A stretch of DNA of 64,000 bases from Thalassobaculaceae bacterium. GTDB lineage: Bacteria; Pseudomonadota; Alphaproteobacteria; Thalassobaculales; Thalassobaculaceae. Under the pieces are notes generated by a model. It was not told where the DNA came from, made no database searches, and saw nothing but the letters and a program-made list of their open reading frames with translations. The position numbers and the translations under genes are program-made. Where the stretch lies: NCBI GenBank assembly GCA_963921355.3, contig OZ001190.1:4411145-4475144 (forward strand), given 5' to 3'. The stretch's first letter is position 1, and the number at the start of each line of letters is the position of its first letter. Of the stretch, positions 1-9,704 are shown piece by piece.

Positions 1-1471
1 CGCCGATCCCGCCCATCAGGATGTACTTGATCTCGGTGAACTCGTCGGCGCCGAACTTGGAGCCTTCGCGCCCGAGGCCGCTCTCCTTCATGCCGCCGAA
101 GGGGGCGACCTCGGTCGAGATCACCCCTTCGTTCACGCCGACCATGCCGTATTCCAGCGCCTCGGCGACCCGCCAGACCCGGCCGAGATCGCGGGCGTAG
201 AAATACGAGGCGAGGCCGAACTCGGTGTCGTTGGCGAGCTGGATCGCCTCCTCCTCGGTCTTGAAGCGGAACAGCGGGGCGACCGGGCCGAAGGTCTCCT
301 CGCGGAAGATCTTCATGTCCGGCGTCGCCCCGGTCAGGATCGTCGGCGCGAAGAAGTTGGCGCCGAGCTCCGAGACCCGGGCGCCACCGGCCGCCACTTT
401 CGCGCCCTTGTCGACGGCGTCCACCACGTGTTCCTCGACCTTGTCGACAGCGGACCCTTCGATCAGCGGGCCGAGCACAACGCCGTCGTCGAAGCCGTTG
501 CCCTGCTTCATCTTCTTCACCGCCTCGGTCAGCGCCTCGCTGAACCGGTCGTAGATACCGTCCTGAACCAGCACCCGGTTGGCGCACACGCAGGTCTGGC
601 CGGTGTTGCGGTACTTCGAGAGGATGGTGCCGGCGACCGCCGGTTCGATGTCGGCATCGTCGAAGATGATCATCGGCGCGTTGCCGCCGAGTTCCAGGCT
701 GACCTTCTTCACCGTCCCGGCCGCCTGGGCCATCAGCTGCTTGCCAATCGGGGTCGAGCCGGTGAAGCCGATCTTGCGCACGACCGGGTTGGTCGCCAGC
801 TCGCCGCCGATCGCCGACGCGCTGTTGCCGACGACGATGTTGAAGACGCCGGGCGGCATGCCGGCGCGCTCCGCCAGCACGGCCAGCGCCAGGGCGGAAT
901 AGGGTGTCATCTTCGCCGGCTTGATCACGACCGGGCAGCCGACCGCCAGGGCGGGGGCGCATTTGCGGGTGATCATCGAGTTCGGGAAGTTCCAGGGCGT
1001 GATCGCGCCGACCACGCCGACCGGCTGTTTGATGACGACGATCCGCTTGCCGGGCTGGTGGTTCGGGATGATGTCGCCGTAGTTGCGCTTGGCTTCCTCG
1101 GCGAACCATTCCACGAACGAGGCGCCGTAGGCGATTTCGCCGGTGGCCTCGGCGAGCGGCTTGCCCTGTTCGGCCGTCATGATGGCACCCAGGTCGGCCT
1201 GGGCCGCCATCATCAGCTCGAACCACTTGCGCATGATCTGACCGCGCTCTTTGCCGGTCTTCTCGCGCCAGCCCTTCCAGGCCGCGTTCGCCGCGTCGAT
1301 CGCGCGGCGGGTGTCGGCCGCCCCCATGTCCGGGATGGTGCCGAGCGTCTGGCCGGTGGCCGGATCCTCGACCGCCACGGTGCCGCCGTTGTCGGCGTCG
1401 ACCCATTGGCCGTCGATATAGCCCTGCTGGCGGAGCAGGTCGGGATCTTTGAGGCGGCTGGCGAGGTCCAT
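1..1471 (-). CDS. gabD: NAD(P)-dependent succinate-semialdehyde dehydrogenase (aldehyde dehydrogenase family); 3' end cut by window edge
   Basis: Absent from the ORF track because it runs off the window. Reverse-strand translation from the ATG (complement of 1469-1471) reads MDLASRLKDPDLLRQQGYIDGQWVDADNGG. At the window edge it reads EVAPFGGMKESGLGREGSKFGADEFTEIKYILMGGIG. These are typical GabD/ALDH N- and C-termini. Confidence 0.9.
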   Translation of the reverse strand, partial: MDLASRLKDPDLLRQQGYIDGQWVDADNGGTVAVEDPATGQTLGTIPDMGAADTRRAIDAANAAWKGWREKTGKERGQIMRKWFELMMAAQADLGAIMTAEQGKPLAEATGEIAYGASFVEWFAEEAKRNYGDIIPNHQPGKRIVVIKQPVGVVGAITPWNFPNSMITRKCAPALAVGCPVVIKPAKMTPYSALALAVLAERAGMPPGVFNIVVGNSASAIGGELATNPVVRKIGFTGSTPIGKQLMAQAAGTVKKVSLELGGNAPMIIFDDADIEPAVAGTILSKYRNTGQTCVCANRVLVQDGIYDRFSEALTEAVKKMKQGNGFDDGVVLGPLIEGSAVDKVEEHVVDAVDKGAKVAAGGARVSELGANFFAPTILTGATPDMKIFREETFGPVAPLFRFKTEEEAIQLANDTEFGLASYFYARDLGRVWRVAEALEYGMVGVNEGVISTEVAPFGGMKESGLGREGSKFGADEFTEIKYILMGGIG

Positions 1472-1550
1472 GGCGGGGCTCCCTGGTGCGGTCTTGCTAG
1501 GTTTCCCGCTACTATAGATCCGCCTCCGGCGAATTGAAGGGAGCCATGTC

Positions 1551-2066
1551 GTGACGGTCGTTTTCCGCCGCCTGGATGCCGATGACTGGGCCGATTTCCG
1601 TCAGATCCGCCTGCGCGCACTGACCGAGGCGCCGCAGGTCTACGGTACGACGTTGGAGCAGGAAGACGACAAGCAGGACGGGTTCTGGCGGGACCGCCTG
1701 GAACACCCGGTCAACGCCGTATTCGCCGGCTACCATGGTTCCGATGCTGTTGCGCTCGCGGGTCTGCGGCTCGGCGCCGGCGGCAATGTTGTCCACCGCG
1801 GCTTCATCTGGGGGGTATTCGTCGCCGAGGAGCATCGCGGCCGTGGCGTCGGCCGCGATCTGATGTCGGTGCTGCTCGACCACGCCGACCAACAGCCGGG
1901 GCTCGAGTTCTGCGAGCTCAACGTGATCATCGACAACGCCGCCGCCCAGAGGCTCTACGCGTCACTGGGCTTCACGGTCGTCGGCACGATCCCCAAGGCG
2001 ATCAAACACGCGGGGCGCTACAGCGACGAGCACGTCATGGTGCGCCCGTCGCCGCAGAAAATCTGA
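1551..2066 (+). CDS. GNAT family N-acetyltransferase
   Basis: 171-aa ORF with a GTG start. Acetyl-CoA motif A-like segment VAEEHRGRGVGRDLM and a C-terminal LYASLGF motif. Confidence 0.85.
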   Translation: MTVVFRRLDADDWADFRQIRLRALTEAPQVYGTTLEQEDDKQDGFWRDRLEHPVNAVFAGYHGSDAVALAGLRLGAGGNVVHRGFIWGVFVAEEHRGRGVGRDLMSVLLDHADQQPGLEFCELNVIIDNAAAQRLYASLGFTVVGTIPKAIKHAGRYSDEHVMVRPSPQKI

Positions 2067-2069
2067 AGA

Positions 2070-2393
2070 TCAGGACATGTCCGGGACGGTACAGGACCCG
2101 GTCGTGTAATTGGACCGGATATGGGTGGTCGAGGTCATGTCGATCACCAGGGCACCCTGGCAGTCATTGAACCGGACCCAGCCGGTATAGCTCTGGGCGC
2201 CGGTCGACCGGCCGCCGGTCAGCTGCGGCGCCAGGTAGACCGAGGAAACCCGGGATTGGTCGACGCCGAGATCGGACAGCACCATGGTGACTTTGCTGCG
2301 CGCTTCATCGAGGCGCGTCGCGTTGGCCGGTGTGGCGGCGAGCGCCGAGGCGGCGATGACGGCGGCGGCGGCGACGGGAAGGATGCGGGTCAT
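2070..2393 (-). CDS. small secreted hypothetical protein
   Basis: The ORF 2070..2459 contains an internal Met giving MTRILPVAAAAVIAASALAATPANA, a Sec-type signal peptide. No recognisable family. Confidence 0.55.
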   Translation of the reverse strand: MTRILPVAAAAVIAASALAATPANATRLDEARSKVTMVLSDLGVDQSRVSSVYLAPQLTGGRSTGAQSYTGWVRFNDCQGALVIDMTSTTHIRSNYTTGSCTVPDMS

Positions 2394-2455
2394 GGGTGTG
2401 ACTCCTGTCCGATGACGATGACCCGCAGATAGGCCGTCCTGCGGATCACTGAAAG

Positions 2456-3302
2456 TCACGATACGGCGAGATCGGGCCTGACGAACGCGGTCACCGCTTC
2501 GGCCACCGGCCGTGCCAGCAGGATACGGCCGTGACCGTAGCGCTCGGTGCGCAGCGCCGCCGCGTCGGGCCGCACGGCCTGCAGGGCGTCGGCATCGCCG
2601 ACTGGCACGTCTTCGTCAGCGATGTCGTGGACGATCAGCAGCCGCGCGGGCAGGGTCGCCGCCTGGGCAACCAGATCGTAGCGCGGGGCGTCGTAGCCGA
2701 GCTGGATCAGCCGTTCCATGAGTTCGTCGACCCGTGCCTCGGGCTCGCCCGCCATCCGCAGCCACTGGCGCGTCGCCGAGCGCAGGGTGGTCGGTGACGC
2801 GATCAGCACGATACCCGGGACGGCCAACCGGCCGGTTCCGACCAGATCGGGGATGCAGGCCACTCCGGCGGACAGCCCGCCCAGCGAATAGCCGATGGCG
2901 GCGACCGGCGGCGTCCCTTCCGCCGCCAGTTCCCCGGCAAGGCCGCGCAGGGCCGCGACGAACAGCGGCATGGTCGCCATGGTGCCCGGGCTCTCGCCAT
3001 GGGCCGGGGCGTCGAACCCGACACAGCGGTTGCCGGCCGCGGTCAGGCTGCGGATCAGGGCGACGAAGTGGGTGGCGCGCGAGCCCCAGCCATGGCTTAG
3101 CAGGACGCTGGGCGCGCCCGGGGGCGGCGGTCTCCGGGTCCCAGCGGTAGGTCACGACCTCGACCGCCTCGGCGTCCGGCGTCTCACGCACCCACAGCCG
3201 GCGGCGTTCCGCCCGGTCGCCGAGTGCCGTGTCGCCGGCCCGGGTCTCGGGTGGCGGCGGCGTGCAGTAGCGGTCGAACAGCGCGGTTGTCGGGTCGGTC
3301 AC
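2456..3302 (-). pseudogene. alpha/beta hydrolase interrupted by an apparent 1-nt frameshift near 3110-3150
   Basis: The N-terminal 60 aa (MTDPTTALFDRY...VVTYRWDPET) are in the 2616..3302 frame. The rest is in the +1 frame ending at 2456: PPPGAPSVLLSHGWGSRATHF...GYSLGG nucleophile elbow...IVHD...GHG. The junction lies in the G/C run gcgcgcccgggggcggcgg. Confidence 0.7.
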
Positions 3303-3320
3303 GCGGCAATTACCCGGGGG

Positions 3321-5144
<1,824 letters not shown>

Positions 5145-5147
5145 GGC

Positions 5148-6536
5148 TCAGCCCTTTCCGCCAGATTTGGGGTCCGATTTGGAACCGGACTTGTGACCGG
5201 ATTTGCGGCGCCGCAGCCGGGCGGCCCCGTCGGCGATCGTGCGGGTCTCGCCGCGCACCACCACCAGGGCATCGTCGCCGACGTCCCGGGTGACGGTCGA
5301 TCCGGCCCCGACCATGGCCCCCGCCCCGACGCGGACCGGGGCGACCAGGGCGGCGTTCGAGCCGATGAAGGCGCCGGCGCCGATCTCGGTGCGGTGCTTG
5401 TCGAAACCGTCGTAGTTGCAGGTGATGGTGCCGGCCCCGATGTTGGCGCCGGCCCCGACCGCGGCGTCGCCGATATAGCTGAGGTGATTGGCTTTGGCGC
5501 CGTCGGCGATCCGGGCGTTCTTCACCTCGACGAAATTGCCGATATGGGCGGCGGCGCCGATCTCAGCCCCGGGGCGCAGCCGCGCATAGGGCCCGACCAG
5601 GGCGCCGGCGCCGACGGCGGCACCTTCGAGATGGCTGAAGCTGCGGATCTCCGCCCCCTCCGCCACCGCCACACCGGGGCCGAAGACCACATGCGGGTGC
5701 ACGGTGACGTCGCGCGCGAGCTGCGTGTCATGGGACAGGAACACGGTCTCCGGCGCCACCAGGGTGGCGCCCCCCGTCATCGCCGCCCGGCGCAGCCGCT
5801 CCTGCATGCCGGCCTCGGCGCGGGCCAGGCCGGCGCGGGAGTCGACGCCCAGGGTCTCGATCGGGTCGCACACGACGTGGGCGGCGCTGCGGCCGTGGCG
5901 GGCCGCGATCGCCACCAGGTCGGTCAGGTAGTATTCGCCCTTGGCGTTGTCGTTCTCGACCTCGGCCAGGTAGTCGAACAGCAGGTCGGCTTCGACCGCC
6001 ATGACCCCGCCGTTGCAGAGACCGATCCGCAGCTGATCGGGCGTGGCGTCGCGGGCCTCGACGATGGTTTCCAGCGCACCGCCGGCGTTGAACACCAGGC
6101 GGCCGTAGAGGCCGGGATCATCCGGCTCGAAGCCGAGAACCACGACCGCCGGGTCAGACGGGCCGGATCGGGCGGCCACCAGCCTGCCCAGGGTCTGTGG
6201 TGTGATCAGCGGCGTGTCGCCGAACAGCACCAGGACCGTGCCGCCGTCGCGGCACCAGTCCGCCAGCGCCGGCGCCGCCGCGGCGGTGGCGTGGGCGGTG
6301 CCCTCCGGCGTGGCCTGTTCGGCCGATTCCGCCCGCTCGGCGATCGCGGCGCGCACCCGGTCGTGCCGCGGGGCGGTGACCACCACCGCCGGCGCGGCCC
6401 CGGCGGCGGCGACCGCATCCAGCACCCAGGCGATCATCGGTTTGCCGGCGACCGGATGCAGGACCTTCGGCAGCGCTGATTGCATCCGTGTACCCTGGCC
6501 GGCGGACAGGATTACGGCGGCGACACGATCGCTCAT
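5148..6536 (-). CDS. glmU: bifunctional UDP-N-acetylglucosamine diphosphorylase / glucosamine-1-phosphate N-acetyltransferase
   Basis: Start chosen at MSDRVAAVILSAGQGTRMQSALPKVLHPVAGKPM (complement of 6534-6536). Left-handed beta-helix hexapeptide repeats in the C-terminal half. Lies immediately upstream of glmS. The 746-aa track ORF is an artefactual 5' extension. Confidence 0.93.
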   Translation of the reverse strand: MSDRVAAVILSAGQGTRMQSALPKVLHPVAGKPMIAWVLDAVAAAGAAPAVVVTAPRHDRVRAAIAERAESAEQATPEGTAHATAAAAPALADWCRDGGTVLVLFGDTPLITPQTLGRLVAARSGPSDPAVVVLGFEPDDPGLYGRLVFNAGGALETIVEARDATPDQLRIGLCNGGVMAVEADLLFDYLAEVENDNAKGEYYLTDLVAIAARHGRSAAHVVCDPIETLGVDSRAGLARAEAGMQERLRRAAMTGGATLVAPETVFLSHDTQLARDVTVHPHVVFGPGVAVAEGAEIRSFSHLEGAAVGAGALVGPYARLRPGAEIGAAAHIGNFVEVKNARIADGAKANHLSYIGDAAVGAGANIGAGTITCNYDGFDKHRTEIGAGAFIGSNAALVAPVRVGAGAMVGAGSTVTRDVGDDALVVVRGETRTIADGAARLRRRKSGHKSGSKSDPKSGGKG

Positions 6537-6686
6537 CGGCGGGCGGGTCCTCTGACGGTGGTGCGGGTCTGTGGGGCGTCGGACGATGCCATGTCGGGCG
6601 CGGATTGACGAATACACGTTTTGCGACGGAGTGTAACAGCCCGCCCCGGCCCCGGGGCCGGAACAACCCGCAGAGAGCCTCGCGAT

Positions 6687-7376
6687 ATGCCGCCTGCCCC
6701 GCCGGTGTTTCAGCCGCCCCGCGCCGTCGTCTTCGACCTCGACGGCACCCTGATCGACAGCGCCGACGACCTGGGTGCGGCCGGGAACCGACTGCTGGCC
6801 GAGCTGGAGCGCCGGTCCCTGACCGATGGCGAGGTCCGCCGGTTCATCGGGGACGGGGCGCGGCGGTTCGTGGAACGCGCGCTGACGGCCACCGGCCCCG
6901 GGATCGGCGGGGCGGAACTCGACGCGCTGACCGCCCGGTTCATCGCCCACTACGAATCGGACCTCGAGGGGCGCACCGCGGTCTATCCGGGGGCGGCCGA
7001 GGTGCTGACGGCGCTGCACGGCCAGGGTGTGCGGATCGGCATCTGCACCAACAAGCCCCAGCGCGCCACCGAGCGGGTGCTCGCCGCTCTCGGCCTCGAC
7101 GGCCCGGTCCAGGCGATCGCCGGCGGCGACCGGTTCGCCGTGCGCAAGCCCGATCCCGGCCACCTCGCCGGGGTGCTCGACGATCTCGGCGTGGACCCGG
7201 GCGAGGCCGTGATGGTCGGCGACAACGAGCACGACATGGCGGTGGCGCGCGGCGTCGGCACCGGCGCGGTGCTGGTGACCTACGGCTACGCCCGCACACC
7301 GGTCGCCGAGATCGATGCCGACGCCCGCATCGACCGGCTGGCCGACCTGCCAGGGCTGCTCGGCCTGGGCGGCTGA
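6687..7376 (+). CDS. gph: HAD-family phosphoglycolate phosphatase
   Basis: MPPAPPVFQPPRAVVFDLDGTLIDSADDL contains the DxDGT motif. Later motifs are ICTNKP and VGDNEHD. Confidence 0.8.
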   Translation: MPPAPPVFQPPRAVVFDLDGTLIDSADDLGAAGNRLLAELERRSLTDGEVRRFIGDGARRFVERALTATGPGIGGAELDALTARFIAHYESDLEGRTAVYPGAAEVLTALHGQGVRIGICTNKPQRATERVLAALGLDGPVQAIAGGDRFAVRKPDPGHLAGVLDDLGVDPGEAVMVGDNEHDMAVARGVGTGAVLVTYGYARTPVAEIDADARIDRLADLPGLLGLGG

Positions 7377-7447
7377 TCGAGCCGCCAAGTCGGGGCCGTT
7401 GACACCGACCGCCGGGACCCTTAGATACCGCGTTCCCGACTGGTTCA

Positions 7448-7522
7448 GGGCGCGTAGCTCAGCGGGAGAGCACTACGTTCACACCGTAGGGGTCGCTGGT
7501 TCAATCCCAGCCGCGCCCACCA
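7448..7522 (+). tRNA. tRNA-Val (anticodon CAC), CCA encoded
   Basis: Hand-folded cloverleaf. Acceptor GGGCGCG/CGCGCCC; D arm GCTC-AGCGGGA-GAGC; anticodon stem CTACG/CGTAG with loop TTCACAC; T arm GCTGG-TTCAATC-CCAGC; discriminator A plus CCA. Confidence 0.92.
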
Positions 7523-7523
7523 T
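7479..7523. repeat. left copy of 45-bp perfect direct repeat (tRNA-Val 3' half; attL-like)
   Basis: tcacaccgtaggggtcgctggttcaatcccagccgcgcccaccat is identical to 15355-15399. The flanking bases differ on both sides. Confidence 0.92.
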
Positions 7524-7575
7524 CTTTTCAATAAGTTTGACAATCGGTTAGAGACCGAGTGCGGAAACGCGCGGT

Positions 7576-7719
7576 TCATCTCTCAGCCGAAACTGCGATG
7601 GGTTTGCAGCGGATGTTCCCGGCCGTATCCGCCCAGTAGACGTAGTAGTTCGTGGAGCCCGGAAGGTTGTTGTCGATCCAGTGCCCCCGATACTCCCACT
7701 GTCCGCGCTTCATGGGCAT
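7576..7719 (-). CDS. small hypothetical protein (start uncertain)
   Basis: ORF 7576..7788. The internal start MPMKRGQWEYRGHWIDNNLPGSTNYYVYWADTAGN would overlap the stop of the upstream HTH gene by about 10 nt. No family recognised. Confidence 0.3.
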   Translation of the reverse strand: MPMKRGQWEYRGHWIDNNLPGSTNYYVYWADTAGNIRCKPIAVSAER

Positions 7720-7988
7720 GGCGGGCCCTCCGTCTTGCGGTCGACGAAATCGTCGATCCAGCCGGGCCGGTACCAATAGGTCCGGCAACCGGACGCAAAC
7801 CGAATCCTGCCCTCCTTCCGGGCGCGGCGCAATTCACTGAGGCCGATCGGCCAGCGAGCGCTTGTGGCGACGTCGGTCTCTCTGATGAAGGGGAGTGTGG
7901 CGGGACCGGCCGCTGCGTTCAGCAGCTGGTCTTCCTGTGCCATCGAAACCTCCGTGCCAATGGAGCTGTTGTTTGCTTCTGAAGGCAT
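7710..7988 (-). CDS. excisionase/AlpA-like helix-turn-helix DNA-binding protein (tentative)
   Basis: LPFIRETDVATSARWPIGLSELRRARKEGRIRF...YWYRPGWIDDFV resembles the HTH_17/excisionase layout (HTH followed by 'R/W..dl..f'). Lies directly next to the tRNA attachment site. The start could be M1 or M16. Confidence 0.5.
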   Translation of the reverse strand: MPSEANNSSIGTEVSMAQEDQLLNAAAGPATLPFIRETDVATSARWPIGLSELRRARKEGRIRFASGCRTYWYRPGWIDDFVDRKTEGPPCP

Positions 7989-8134
7989 TGTACGGGTCGT
8001 CTTAGGGGCACGTGGCCAACTGGAGAAAGTCCCATGATCGATCGGCTGATCGATGTTGGGGCGCAGTGGCTTCCCCGGACGGCCGAACGGACTAAAATCG
8101 CCCTTTCGTTGCAGAACCAGGGACGGGGGAGAAC

Positions 8135-9598
8135 ATGGCGAGCGAGCGGACCAGTTTGAGCGTTAAGGACGCTGTTGCGCTCTGGGATCAGGGCAAGAAA
8201 GCCTGGAACGCCTGGGTCGAAAAACACCCCGAAGCTGATATCAGCTTTGAGGGATGGAATTTCTCGGAGCATGAACTCGTCCGCTTCGGCGGGTTTCGCT
8301 TTCCCGACGGCAACATATCCTTCCGCGGCGCCAGGTTCGGAGACGGCTGGGTCGACTTCGAAAACGCCACGTTCGGCGACGGCATCGTCGACTTCAGAGC
8401 CGCAACGTTCGTGGACGGCTGGGCCTCCTTCAAGTACGCGGACTTCGGGGACGGCGACGTCTTCTTCGGCGATGCCAGGTTCGGGGACGGCGGCTTCGCC
8501 GACTTTACTCGCGCGACGTTCGGGGAAGGCAACGTTGACTTCGGCAAACACGCCGGCAGACGCCGCCGCACATCCGGGGACGACGAGACCGAAGAAGACG
8601 TTGGCGCCAAGAAAGGCGCCAAATTCGGGAAGGGCGGGATCCGTTTCTTCAGCACCAAGTTCGGGAAGGGCAACGTCCTCTTCAGAGGCGTCACGTTCGG
8701 GGGCGGCGACGTCGACTTTTTTGAAGCGGAATTCGGGGACGGCAAGGTCGACTTCAGCGGCACCAAGTTCGGGAGCAGTAACGTTTCCTTCAGGGACACC
8801 GAATTCGGGGACGGCGCCGTCGACTTAAGCAGTGTTGCGTTCGGGGACGTCAAGGTTTCCTTCGCTAACGCCACCTTCGGGGGTCCGTTCTCCTTCACTC
8901 CTCCACCGGATAAGAGGGACCAACCGATACGATCCCTCTCATTTCAGAACTGTCGATTTGACGATCGGCTTGTCCTGGCTGGCAGCTACTCCTGCATCCC
9001 GGACCTGCGCAACACGATTACAACCGGTCATGTCGACCTGCAGAAACTGATCGTCAAGCCTTGGAAGGTCAGTGTCTTGACATCGCCCGTCGAGGCGTTC
9101 TCGAAGGATCCCGACGAAGACGTGCCGGCGCTCCGGCGCCTCAAAGAACTGGCCGAGAGCAACCGGCACCACGACGCAGCCTTACGCTTTTTCGCCGACG
9201 AAAGACGGGCCCTGAGGTGGCACAAAGACCATCACATGGGGGCAGGCGCCTCGCTACTGGACTGGGCCTACGATACCGCCTGTGACTACGGTCAGTCCCT
9301 CGTTCGGCCGACCTTCGTCCTGCTGGTGATCATCCTGTTGTTCGTGCCGATCTATGCGGAGATGCCAGATACGGAACTGACGAAGGAGGAACGATACGAG
9401 GAGGCCCTCTCCGCGTCGGTCAGCAACACGGTCCCGTTTCTGCCATCGGCGGTCAACGTGCGCACGGAGTCCTTCAAGACCCTGTTCGGCGTTGCCCCCC
9501 CATTCCTTGCCGATGCCCTGCGACTGCTCCAAGGTGCTGCCGGCTTTGTATTCCTGTTTCTTATCGGCCTTGGACTGCGGAACCGGTTCCGAATGTAG
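8135..9598 (+). CDS. pentapeptide-repeat protein with C-terminal two-helix membrane domain
   Basis: The N-terminal segment AWNAWVEKHP is followed by about 40 pentapeptide units in two blocks (F-G/D-D-G-x-V-D-F type, e.g. ARFGDGWVDFENATFGDGIVDFRAATFVDG). These are split by a charged linker (HAGRRRRTSGDDETEED). The C-terminus has a helical region and two hydrophobic helices: RPTFVLLVIILLFVPIYA and GAAGFVFLFLIGLGL. Confidence 0.85.
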   Translation: MASERTSLSVKDAVALWDQGKKAWNAWVEKHPEADISFEGWNFSEHELVRFGGFRFPDGNISFRGARFGDGWVDFENATFGDGIVDFRAATFVDGWASFKYADFGDGDVFFGDARFGDGGFADFTRATFGEGNVDFGKHAGRRRRTSGDDETEEDVGAKKGAKFGKGGIRFFSTKFGKGNVLFRGVTFGGGDVDFFEAEFGDGKVDFSGTKFGSSNVSFRDTEFGDGAVDLSSVAFGDVKVSFANATFGGPFSFTPPPDKRDQPIRSLSFQNCRFDDRLVLAGSYSCIPDLRNTITTGHVDLQKLIVKPWKVSVLTSPVEAFSKDPDEDVPALRRLKELAESNRHHDAALRFFADERRALRWHKDHHMGAGASLLDWAYDTACDYGQSLVRPTFVLLVIILLFVPIYAEMPDTELTKEERYEEALSASVSNTVPFLPSAVNVRTESFKTLFGVAPPFLADALRLLQGAAGFVFLFLIGLGLRNRFRM

Positions 9599-9704
9599 TT
9601 CGGGTGTCATTGCCAGTAACAACAGTATCTGGTCAAAGGACCACCTGGATGCGCTACCCTTACGTGCACTGACGGGCTAGCGATCGGCAGCATTGCGGGG
9701 GGCT

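Noticed and set aside
6537-7388. 5' extension of the glmU ORF to 746 aa
   Set aside because: The extension is antisense to the well-supported gph gene and has no GlmU-like sequence. The canonical N-terminus MSDRVAAVILSAGQGTRM starts at 6536.
7919-8898. Additional long ORFs in other frames and strands across the pentapeptide gene (8175..8828 +, 8188..8898 -, 7919..8551 -)
   Set aside because: Their products are Ser/Pro/Thr-rich, periodic low complexity generated by the 30-nt repeat periodicity. Only the 8135 frame gives canonical pentapeptide units plus a sensible N-terminus and TM region.
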